A stretch of 64,000 nucleotides of DNA from Chloroflexota bacterium (lineage in GTDB: Bacteria > Chloroflexota > Limnocylindria > P2-11E): NCBI GenBank assembly GCA_005887995.1, contig VBJD01000025.1, forward strand, positions 18,386-82,385, written 5' to 3'. Positions 29,835-38,291 of the stretch are shown here, piece after piece (positions within the stretch are counted from its first letter, which is position 1; each line of letters opens with the position of its first letter). The translations under genes were made by a program, and so were the position numbers. The notes under the pieces are model-generated. The model saw only the letters and a program-made list of their open reading frames with translations. It did not search any database and was not told where the DNA came from.

Positions 29835-31595
29835 TTACTTGGTCCAGTCCGCGATGTTCCACATCTCCGAGTCCCACGGCGTCGGGTCGACGCCCTTGAG
29901 GCTCTTCGACACGCCAGAGGTCGCGAAGGTCCGGTTGACGAGCGGGATGACGACCACGTCCGTGAGGAGCAGGTCGTTCGCCTTCGTCGCGAGGTCGTTC
30001 CGCTTGTTCTGATCGGTCTCAGTGCGGAGCGAGGCCACGATCGCGTCGAAGTCCTTGTTGCAGTAGCGGTGGTAGTTACCGAAGTTCCAGTTGTTCGCCT
30101 TGGCGGTCACCTGCGCGCACGTCCAGCCGTTGAAGTAGGACGTCGGGTCAGGGTCGCCAGAGTTGGTGAACATCTCGACGTCGGTCCAGAAGTGGTTCGC
30201 GCCGTCGGGTGAGGTGTTCGTGAAGAAGACACCGGCGTCGACCGACTTCAGGGTGACCTTGAAGCCGACCTGCTCCCAGTTCTGCTTCATCACGTTCTGC
30301 ACGTTCTGGCGCACGGCGTTCACCGTGGTCGAGTACGTGATCTCGAGCTTGATGGGGCCCTTGGCGCGGACGCCGTCACTGCCCTTGACCCAGCCGGCGC
30401 TGTCGAGCTCCTTGTTCGCCGCCGCGACGTCGAACTTGCAGACATCGAAGCTCGCGCTCGCCTTCGAGTTCATGGGCTCGGGTGCCGTGAGGATGTTGCA
30501 GGTCGGCTTGCCGGTGAGTCCGTCACCGTAGAAGCGCGTGGCGACCGTGCCGCGGTCGCTCGCCATCGCGAGCGCGCGGCGCACGGCCTTGTCGCTGAAG
30601 AACGGGTGCTTCGTGTCCGGCTCACCGCGCCTGTCGCCCAGCGACGGGCTCGGGTCGCTGAAGTTCACGAGGATGCGCTCGACGCTCGATCCGTACACGG
30701 TCACGAGGTTCGCGAGCGTCGACTGCTGCGCCATCGGGCGGAGGACCGTCGCGTCGACCTGAAGGTTCCAGGCGTAGTCCGCCTCGCCCGTCTGGAACGA
30801 AGCACGTGCGGACGCCTGCGCGTCGCCGCCGCCCTTGAAGGTCACGCTCTTGAAGTACGGCTTCTTCGCGTCCCGGTAGTTCTCGTTCATGACGTAGGTG
30901 ACGGTGTCACCAGGCTTGAACGTGTCCACCTTGTAGGGACCCGTGCCGATCGGCTTCTGGTCGGCGGTGCAGTTCTTCGCCGCCGCGCCGACGCAGCTCG
31001 TGTACTGCTTTTCCTGGAGGATGAGCGAGCCGCCGCCCACGCCCCACTGGTAGTAGAACGGCTGCGACTCTGTGTAGGTCACGACGACCGTCGTGTCGTC
31101 CTTCGCCTCGACCGACTTGACGTTGTCGCAGCGGTCGAATGTCGAGGCCGCCGTCTCCTTCGTGCACTGGTACTTGTAGGTGAACGCCACGTCCTTCGCC
31201 GTGAACGGCGTACCGTCGGACCACTTCACACCGGAGCGGAGCTTCCACGTGACCGTCTTGAAGTCCTTGGTCACACCGTTGTTCGCCGGCGTCGGGATCT
31301 CAGCCGCGAGGCCGTTCGCGACGGGAAGGCCGTCCTTGCCGAACGAGGCCATCGGCTCCATGACCAAACGCGTCGCGTCGGCGTCCTTCGTGCCCGTCGC
31401 CTGATGCGCGTTGAGGATCGTTGGCGCCTGCCAGTAAAGGATCTTGAGATCGCCACCTTGGCCTCGGGTCGTTGCCGCTGTCGTCGCGCTGGCCCCGCCC
31501 GCCGATGGCGATGCCCCGGACGGACCGGGCTGGCCGCACGCGGCGACGAGCATGGCGACACCGAATCCCGCAATCGCTCGCCTGTAGTGCATCAC
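29835..31595 (-). CDS. ABC transporter substrate-binding lipoprotein, family 5 (peptide/oligosaccharide)
   Basis: 586-aa ORF; lipobox LVAACG; SBP_bac_5-like composition. Confidence 0.85.
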   Translation of the reverse strand: MMHYRRAIAGFGVAMLVAACGQPGPSGASPSAGGASATTAATTRGQGGDLKILYWQAPTILNAHQATGTKDADATRLVMEPMASFGKDGLPVANGLAAEIPTPANNGVTKDFKTVTWKLRSGVKWSDGTPFTAKDVAFTYKYQCTKETAASTFDRCDNVKSVEAKDDTTVVVTYTESQPFYYQWGVGGGSLILQEKQYTSCVGAAAKNCTADQKPIGTGPYKVDTFKPGDTVTYVMNENYRDAKKPYFKSVTFKGGGDAQASARASFQTGEADYAWNLQVDATVLRPMAQQSTLANLVTVYGSSVERILVNFSDPSPSLGDRRGEPDTKHPFFSDKAVRRALAMASDRGTVATRFYGDGLTGKPTCNILTAPEPMNSKASASFDVCKFDVAAANKELDSAGWVKGSDGVRAKGPIKLEITYSTTVNAVRQNVQNVMKQNWEQVGFKVTLKSVDAGVFFTNTSPDGANHFWTDVEMFTNSGDPDPTSYFNGWTCAQVTAKANNWNFGNYHRYCNKDFDAIVASLRTETDQNKRNDLATKANDLLLTDVVVIPLVNRTFATSGVSKSLKGVDPTPWDSEMWNIADWTK

Positions 31596-31723
31596 GCCTT
31601 TGCTTACCTCCCACGCTTTCCCGCGGCCAGTTCCGCCATACGGGAGACCGGCCTGCGAATCTTGGAAGCCTAGTTGCGCGCCACCGGTCCTATCAAGTCG
31701 GTACCGGCGCGGCGAGGCGAGGT

Positions 31724-34168
31724 TCAGGAGCGGAGGGAGGCTCCCAGGCCCCTTTCGAGACGTCCTTGGATGCGCTTCAGGGCCTTTTCCACGTCTTCTT
31801 CCGACAAAGTGCCGGTCGCTGAGCGGAGCACGACTCGGACAGCAAAGCTCTTCTTCCCCGCCCCGACTTGGGGTCCGCGATAGAGATCGCGAAGCGCGAC
31901 CGACTCGGCGACGCCCTTTGCCGCCTCAGTGATGGCCTGCTCGACCTCGCCGTACGGCCGAGCCTCATCGACGACGATCGCGATCTCGCGGATCGCGGCC
32001 GGGTAGCGCGACGGCATGACGGCGGACGGGTGCGCCGGTGTCTCGGACAAGAGATGCGCGAGCTCGAACTCCGCGACGAAGGTCGCGTGTTCCGGGAGCT
32101 CCCACATCGCCGCGACACGCGGATCGAGCTGGCCACCGACGGCGACGACGCGTCCATCGCTCTCGATGCGAAGCGAGCGCCCCGGATGCAGACCCGGACC
32201 GCCCCGCTGGAGCGCCCCCTTGACCGGGCCCGCGCCGACGGCATCGCGCAGGCCGATGGTGATGCCACGGAGATCGTGCAGGTCCCACGAGCGCGGTGAT
32301 GTGAGCCACGTCTCGCCCTCGTGCACCGGCTCGGCCTGACCCGCGAGGAGGATGCCGACCGTCCAGCGCTCCTCGGGCAGCTCCGCCTTGCGCGGCAGGT
32401 ACACCGGAGAGATCTCGAAGAACCCAACGCCTTCGCGATGGCGGAGGTTGCGCGACGCCGTGTCGAGCAGGCTCGCGCGGAGCGTCGGCCGCATGACCGA
32501 TTGCGACACGGTCGTCGGGTTGGTGATGCGCAGCGGCTCTGGCGCGAGAGGCGATCCGTCGGCGGTGAGCTTTGTGAGCCAGGCCGGGTCGATCGCGGCG
32601 TAGGAGATCGTGTCCTGCAGACCGAAGCCGACGAGCACGTCACGAACGCGCTCGCGGAACACGTCGAGCGGATGACGTTCGTGCGCGGGGAGGGGACCGA
32701 ATGGCAGGCGCGTCGGGATGCGGTCGTAGCCGACGATCCGTGCCACCTCCTCGACGATGTCCTCAGCGATCCCGATGTCGGTGCGGAAGGCCGGCGCGTA
32801 CGTGTCGATGGTGTCATCGGCGACCTGGACGTCGAATCCGAGACGCCGCAGCGCATCCGCCGATTCCGCGCTCGCGATCGACGCGCCGAGCACGCGCGGG
32901 ACGTCGCTCCCGCGAAGGCGCACGTGCGCCCGATCGCGCGGATGCGGATAGACGTCGGTCGAGCCGATGAGCCGCCCGCCGGCGTGCTCGCCCATGAGGG
33001 ATACCGCGCGCGCGAGCGCGAGTGATACGAGCGCCGGCGAGAGGTCGAGCCCGAAACGCCGCGCCGCGGCACTCCCGCTCGAGCCCTGCAGACCGTGCGC
33101 GTCCGAGGAGCGGCGGATGCCGAGGGGCTCGAACGACGCGGCCTCGAGCGCGACGGTCGTCGTATTGGGACGGATCTCGCTGTCCTCGCCGCCCATGACG
33201 CCTGCGAGACCGAGCGCGCGTTCGCCGTCGGCGATCACGAGATCCTCGGGCCGGAGTGCGCGGTCCTTGCTGTCGAGCGTGCGGAGCCTCTCACCACGCT
33301 TCGCCTTGCGCGCGACGAGCACGCGGCCGCGCAGCATCGTCGCGTCGTAGGCGTGCAGCGGCTGCCCGATCTCGAGCATCACGTAGTTCGTGATGTCGAC
33401 GATGTTCGTGATGGGACGCATGCCCGCAGCGACGAGGCGGCGCTGCATCCAGTCCGGTGATGGTTCGATGCGGATCCCCTCGAGGTAGGCCGCCGCGAAG
33501 CGCGGGCACGCGCGGTCGTCCTCGATTCGTATGGTGAGCAGGCTCGGGTCAAGCTTGCCCGGCAACTCGGCGGCTCGTGGTTCGGTGAGCTTGACGTTGT
33601 AGAGCGCGGCGACCTCACGGGCGATGCCGAGGATCGAGAGGGCGTCCGGACGGTTCGGCGCGATCTCCATGACGATGACCGCATCACCGATCGCGTCTTG
33701 GAGCAGTACGCCGACGGTGAGGGACTTCGCGAGCTGCATGATGCCGTCGTGGTCCTCGCCGAGGCCGAGCTCTTTGGCGGAGAGGATCATCCCCTCGCTG
33801 GTGATGCCGCGCATGTTCTTCGGCTTCATCACGACGCGTTCGCCGGTGTGTCCGTCGACGTACTCGGCGCCGAGCTCGCCGTAGGGGACGACGTCGCCGG
33901 CGGCGATGTTCGTCGCGCCGGTCACGACGGTCTTCGGCTGGGCCGCGCCGAACTCTACCGTCGCGAGCTGCAACTTGTCGGCGTTCGGATGCTTCTCGAG
34001 CTTTTGGATGCGGGCGACGCGCACCTTGTCGCCCCACGCGCCGCCGACGCGCTCGACGCGGTCGACCTCCATGCCGGCCATGTGCAGGCGCGCCGCGATC
34101 TCATCAACGGTCGCCGGGGCCTGCACGTACTCGCGCAGCCAGGAGTACGGGACCCGCAGGCTCGGCAT
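31724..34168 (-). CDS. pheT: Phenylalanine--tRNA ligase beta subunit
   Basis: 814-aa ORF; tRNA-binding, B3/B4, B5 and FDX-ACB domain order; lies downstream of pheS. Confidence 0.95.
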   Translation of the reverse strand: MPSLRVPYSWLREYVQAPATVDEIAARLHMAGMEVDRVERVGGAWGDKVRVARIQKLEKHPNADKLQLATVEFGAAQPKTVVTGATNIAAGDVVPYGELGAEYVDGHTGERVVMKPKNMRGITSEGMILSAKELGLGEDHDGIMQLAKSLTVGVLLQDAIGDAVIVMEIAPNRPDALSILGIAREVAALYNVKLTEPRAAELPGKLDPSLLTIRIEDDRACPRFAAAYLEGIRIEPSPDWMQRRLVAAGMRPITNIVDITNYVMLEIGQPLHAYDATMLRGRVLVARKAKRGERLRTLDSKDRALRPEDLVIADGERALGLAGVMGGEDSEIRPNTTTVALEAASFEPLGIRRSSDAHGLQGSSGSAAARRFGLDLSPALVSLALARAVSLMGEHAGGRLIGSTDVYPHPRDRAHVRLRGSDVPRVLGASIASAESADALRRLGFDVQVADDTIDTYAPAFRTDIGIAEDIVEEVARIVGYDRIPTRLPFGPLPAHERHPLDVFRERVRDVLVGFGLQDTISYAAIDPAWLTKLTADGSPLAPEPLRITNPTTVSQSVMRPTLRASLLDTASRNLRHREGVGFFEISPVYLPRKAELPEERWTVGILLAGQAEPVHEGETWLTSPRSWDLHDLRGITIGLRDAVGAGPVKGALQRGGPGLHPGRSLRIESDGRVVAVGGQLDPRVAAMWELPEHATFVAEFELAHLLSETPAHPSAVMPSRYPAAIREIAIVVDEARPYGEVEQAITEAAKGVAESVALRDLYRGPQVGAGKKSFAVRVVLRSATGTLSEEDVEKALKRIQGRLERGLGASLRS

Positions 34169-34292
34169 CAGACCGCTCCCAATCTCTGGCCTTCGGCCAG
34201 AGACCGCTCAAGACTGGTGGACTCGCTCCTCGCAGCACGCTCGCTTCGCTCGCTGACAGGGGCCCCTCCCCCTGACTGCCTCGTCGCTCGAC

Positions 34293-35360
34293 TCATACCG
34301 ACTCCAAGTAGCGCATGTCGTTCTCGTGGAAGAGGCGGATGTCGGGGGTGCCGGTGAGGAGCATCGCGAGACGCTCGACGCCGCCGCCGAATGCGAACCC
34401 CTGGTACTTGGACGGGTCGTAGTCGACGCGCCGCAGCGCCTCGGGGTGCACCATGCCGCATCCCGCGGCCTCGATCCAGCCGGAGCCGCCGCACGTCGCG
34501 CAACGTCCCTTGTTCGTCGTGCCGCTGCCGTCGCACACGAAGCAGTCGAACGCGATCTCCGCCGACGGCTCGGTGAACGGGAAATAATCCGGACGGAAGC
34601 GGACCTTCCGCTCGCCCCCGAACAGCTGGCGCGCGAATGAATAGAGGACGCCCTTGAGGTCGGCCATCGAGATCTGCTCGTCGATCGCGAGGCCCTCGTA
34701 CTGGAAGAAGATGCTCTCGTGCGTCGCGTCGGTCGCCTCGAACCGATAGCAGCGTCCTGGGACGACGACGCGCACCGGCGGCTTCCGCTTCTCCATCACG
34801 CGGATCTGCATCGGTGAGGTGTGCGGGCGCAAGCCGACGCGTCGATCGGTCGGGTCGCCGAGCGGGTTCGCGATCCAGAATGAGTTGAACTTGTCGCGCG
34901 CGGGGTGATCGCGCGGGATGTTGAGCGCCTCGAAGCTGTAGTAGTCGTACTCCACTTCGGGGCCCTCGACCGACTCGAAGCCCATCGACCCGAGGATGCG
35001 CGTGATCTCGCGGATCGTTCGCGCGATGGGATGCATGTGCCCGACGCGAACGCGGCGTGGCGGCAGCGTGAGGTCAGCCGTCTCGGAGAGGCTCTTTGCG
35101 ATCGCGCCCTCGCGCAGCGCGCGGCCGCGCTCCTCGAGCGCTGACTCGACGCGCTGTTTCGCCTCGTTGACGGCCTTTCCGTACCCGGGCTTCTCCGCCG
35201 CCGGCAGCGTCGCGATCTCCTTCGTCGCGGCTGTGATGAGCCCGTCCTTGCGCGAGAGGTAGCGCACCCGCACCGCCTCGAGCGCGGCCTCGTCCGCGGC
35301 GGAGGAGATCTCCTTCACCGCTCGGTCGGCCAACCCTTTGAGGTCCGTCGCTGTCGCCAT
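34293..35360 (-). CDS. pheS: Phenylalanine--tRNA ligase alpha subunit
   Basis: ATG at 35360 (MATATDLKGL...); class II motifs (FRPDYFPFTEPSAE, GFAFGGGVERLAML). Confidence 0.95.
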   Translation of the reverse strand: MATATDLKGLADRAVKEISSAADEAALEAVRVRYLSRKDGLITAATKEIATLPAAEKPGYGKAVNEAKQRVESALEERGRALREGAIAKSLSETADLTLPPRRVRVGHMHPIARTIREITRILGSMGFESVEGPEVEYDYYSFEALNIPRDHPARDKFNSFWIANPLGDPTDRRVGLRPHTSPMQIRVMEKRKPPVRVVVPGRCYRFEATDATHESIFFQYEGLAIDEQISMADLKGVLYSFARQLFGGERKVRFRPDYFPFTEPSAEIAFDCFVCDGSGTTNKGRCATCGGSGWIEAAGCGMVHPEALRRVDYDPSKYQGFAFGGGVERLAMLLTGTPDIRLFHENDMRYLESV

Positions 35361-35627
35361 TTCGCGCCTCCCAAAAGAAAAAGCCCGCTCGTCCCGTCGC
35401 TTACGCGACGCGGGACGGAGGCGGGCCTCCGCGGTACCACCCGTGTTTCCCAGGGAACGCATCCCTGGACACTTGTTGGAAGGCGCTATCGGGCCTCACC
35501 CGGGTGCGCTTTTCTGCGCACCGGCTCTGGAGCGAATTCCCGCGTCCGTTGTCGCTGCGGTCTCTCAGTCCATGGACCGCATTCCCTGTCGCGACCGCTA
35601 CCGCGGTACTGCTCTCCTTCTACGCCT
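35361..35627 (-). ncRNA. T-box riboswitch leader of pheST. The T-box sequence AACACGGGUGGUACCGCGG is on the minus strand (plus-strand 35429..35447), followed by a terminator hairpin and UUUUUCUUUU, then a GGGAGG SD.
   Basis: Read directly from the sequence; the motif matches the T-box consensus AGGGUGGNACCGCG. A 267-nt leader lies between rplT and pheS. Confidence 0.8.
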
Positions 35628-35990
35628 TTATGAGCTTGCCTTGTCCCCCTTCACCAGATCGATGTAACGACGGAATGAGTTCGGATCCCTGACCGCCATG
35701 TCCGCGAGCACTTTCCGGTCCAGATCGACGCCGGCGGCCCGCATCGCCGCCATGAGCCGGCTGTACGAGACGCCCGCCTCGCGCGATGCGGCGTTGATAC
35801 GTGCGATCCAGAGCGCACGGAACTGCGACTTGCGCTTGCGGCGGTCGCGGAACGCGTACGTGAGCGCGTGCATCGCGGCCTCGCGGGCCGGACGGACGAG
35901 CTTGTGCTTCGTCTGGCGACGGCCTTCGGCTGCCTTCAGTAGCTTCTTGTGCTTCTTGTGTGCGGCGACGCCGCGCTTCACGCGTGCCAT
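35628..35990 (-). CDS. rplT: 50S ribosomal protein L20
   Basis: MARVKRGVAAHKKHKKLLKAAEG... Confidence 0.95.
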   Translation of the reverse strand: MARVKRGVAAHKKHKKLLKAAEGRRQTKHKLVRPAREAAMHALTYAFRDRRKRKSQFRALWIARINAASREAGVSYSRLMAAMRAAGVDLDRKVLADMAVRDPNSFRRYIDLVKGDKASS

Positions 35991-36002
35991 GCGAGCTCCT
36001 CT

Positions 36003-36197
36003 TTAAAGGTTGGGAAGGAGCTTGCGGACGAGCTTGACGTCGCCTTTCGCCACGAGCGCCTTACCTTGATGCCGGCGCTTGCGCGCCGGTGACTTGTGCT
36101 GGTTCAGGTGTCCCTTGTACGCCTTCATGCGCGAGAAGTGACCCTTGCCGGTCACGCGGAAACGCTTCTTCGCACCGCTGTGGCTCTTGATCTTCGG
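36003..36197 (-). CDS. rpmI: 50S ribosomal protein L35
   Basis: GTG at 36197 gives MPKIKSHSGAKKRFRVTGKG, a canonical L35 N-terminus. The track ORF starts 12 codons upstream. Confidence 0.88.
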   Translation of the reverse strand, partial: PKIKSHSGAKKRFRVTGKGHFSRMKAYKGHLNQHKSPARKRRHQGKALVAKGDVKLVRKLLPNL

Positions 36198-36269
36198 CAC
36201 GGCGTGACCACTCCTCGCATAAATGTGAAACACGATTGTACGCGAGCGGGTCGCGCGCAGTCGCGTCCT

Positions 36270-37079
36270 TTACGCAGAGCGCTGCGGCGGTCGCGCTGCC
36301 GCGGGTCGCGCGGTCGTCGTGCGCGGTGCCGCGGTCGTGGTTGGCGATGCGGTCGCACTCGGCGCCGCCGGACGCGGCGCGACCGGCGTCGGACCCGATA
36401 CGGGTGCAGCGGGCGCGGCGACCGGCGGTCGAGCAGGCGCGGCAAAAGGCCGCGGCGCGGCGGCGGGAGCCGCTGGCGTGCGCGGCAGACCGGGCGCGGG
36501 TCTCGTTCCCGGCGCGGGGAGTGGCTGCTGTGGCGGCATCTGCCCGGGCGCGGGCGGCGCGCCCGCCCCGCGCAGCGGGTTCATCACCATCGACATCGAG
36601 CGGCCTTCGAGCAGCGGTGTGCGCTCCACGCTGCCGTGCTCCTTGAGGCGCTCCGCGATCTGCATTAGGAGGACGCGGCCGCGATCTGGGTGCGCGAGCT
36701 CGCGCCCGCGGAAGCGGACGGTGAGCTTCAGCTTGTCGCCATCCGCGAGGAACTTCGACGCGCTCTTGACCTTCGTCTCGATGTCGTGGTCGTCGATCTT
36801 CGGCGTGACCCGAATCTCCTTCCAGGTCACGGACTTCTGTCTTTTCTTGGCCTCTTTCGCTTCCTGCTGCTTCTCAAAGCGGTACTTCCCGAAGTCGAGG
36901 ATCTTCGCGACCGGCGGCACGGCGTTCGGCGCGATCTCGACGAGGTCGTAGCCGAGATCCTGCGCATGCGCGAGCGCGCGTTGCGTCGGCTGGACGCCAA
37001 GCTGTTCGCCGTTGGGGCCGATGAGGCGCACGGCTGGAACGCGGATCTGGTCATTGACCCGCAGTTCGGGCGCGGCTAT
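36270..37079 (-). CDS. infC: Translation initiation factor IF-3, likely starting at non-canonical ATA (37079..37077), with a ~95-aa Pro/Ala-rich C-terminal extension
   Basis: Upstream of the track's GTG, the same frame continues without a stop: I-AAPELRVNDQIRVPAVRLIGPNGEQLG, the conserved IF3 N-domain. A GGAG SD sits 8 nt before the ATA. The C-terminus is a PA-rich low-complexity tail. Confidence 0.85.
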   Translation of the reverse strand: MAAPELRVNDQIRVPAVRLIGPNGEQLGVQPTQRALAHAQDLGYDLVEIAPNAVPPVAKILDFGKYRFEKQQEAKEAKKRQKSVTWKEIRVTPKIDDHDIETKVKSASKFLADGDKLKLTVRFRGRELAHPDRGRVLLMQIAERLKEHGSVERTPLLEGRSMSMVMNPLRGAGAPPAPGQMPPQQPLPAPGTRPAPGLPRTPAAPAAAPRPFAAPARPPVAAPAAPVSGPTPVAPRPAAPSATASPTTTAAPRTTTARPAAARPPQRSA

Positions 37080-37145
37080 CGGCGGAGCTCCGCGATCAGG
37101 AGAGGGGCGCCTCTGGCGCTCGTGAGTTCAACTCGGAAAAGGATA

Positions 37146-38291
37146 TCACCGCGCGAGCAGCGCTTCGAGGTGCGTGCGCACCTCGGGCCACTCGCGGTCG
37201 AGGATCGAGTAGTACTTCGCGTCGCGCAGACGCCCGGTGGGCATGAAGCGTTCGTTGCGGATCGTCCCCTCGAGCTTCGCGCCGATACGCTCGATCGCCT
37301 GTTGCGATCGCACGTTGATGGCGTCGGTCTTCAGCCAGACGCGCGCCGCGCCCAACGTGTCAAACGCGTGACGAAGCTGTAGGTATTTCGCCTCGGTGTT
37401 CGCCGCCGTCCGCCGTGCGTCAGGCCCGAGCATCGTCCAGCCGATCTCGACCGACTTGTTGATCCGATCGATGGCGCCGTAGCGCGTCGTGCCGATCGCC
37501 TTGCCATCACTGACGCGGCGCGTGAGCCACGGAAGGTGCTCGCCGAGGATCGCGAGGTTCAGCGCCGATCGGATGTAGCCCTCGGTGTCCGCGACCGTCT
37601 TCGCCGGCGGCGCCGAGAGGTAGCGGAAGATTTCCGGGTCCCTCTGCACCTCGAAGAGCTCCGCCGCGTGCTCCATGTGCAGCGGCTCCAGGCGGACGTG
37701 CCTCCCCTCGAGCGTGACGGGGCGCGGATCGAACGCCGGAGGCTGTCGGCCGGCGATGAACGCCATCGCGACGTCGTCGGCGAAATAGCCGCGATCCGTC
37801 ATGACCGCGTCCTTCTCGATCCCCTCGACCTCGAAACCGCACGCCTTGTACGAGTTGATCGCGCGGTCGTTGAACGCCAGCACGTGCAGCGAGATGCGAT
37901 GCGCGCCCACGTCGTCGACCAGGTGGCGCACGAGGAGGTTCAGGGCCTCGCGACCGAGGCCCTTGCTCCACAGCGCCTTCTCGCCGATGCCGATCCCGAC
38001 CTCGGCGCTCCTCGCTTTCGGCTGCCAGTCGCGATAGTTCGCCTGACCGATCGCGCGCCCGTCGTACTCGATCGCGAAGAGCTTGCCGTCGCGCTCGGCG
38101 AAGCGGTCGATCCACTCGCGCGCGGAAGCGTCGTCCTTCCAGCGCTGCGGATTCCTTCCCCACTGGAACCACGCGAAGTCTGCGTCGTCTCCCCAGCGCT
38201 TGATGATGGGCGCGTCGTCGTGCGTCATCGGCCGGAGCGCGACGCGCTCGCCCCGCAGTGTGGGGCCGCTCGTCGTCTGCGCGTGCGTCAC
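37146..38291 (-). CDS. Tandem GNAT-family N-acetyltransferase (two acetyltransferase domains)
   Basis: 381-aa ORF; two copies of the GNAT core (IGQANYRDW...LWSKGLGREAL and TTRYGAID...TAANTEAKYL). Confidence 0.75.
   Translation of the reverse strand: MTHAQTTSGPTLRGERVALRPMTHDDAPIIKRWGDDADFAWFQWGRNPQRWKDDASAREWIDRFAERDGKLFAIEYDGRAIGQANYRDWQPKARSAEVGIGIGEKALWSKGLGREALNLLVRHLVDDVGAHRISLHVLAFNDRAINSYKACGFEVEGIEKDAVMTDRGYFADDVAMAFIAGRQPPAFDPRPVTLEGRHVRLEPLHMEHAAELFEVQRDPEIFRYLSAPPAKTVADTEGYIRSALNLAILGEHLPWLTRRVSDGKAIGTTRYGAIDRINKSVEIGWTMLGPDARRTAANTEAKYLQLRHAFDTLGAARVWLKTDAINVRSQQAIERIGAKLEGTIRNERFMPTGRLRDAKYYSILDREWPEVRTHLEALLAR

Noticed and set aside
27968-29899. 643-aa plus-strand ORF antisense to both ABC permease genes
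   Set aside because: Asp/Glu/Arg-rich mirror of the membrane-protein genes.
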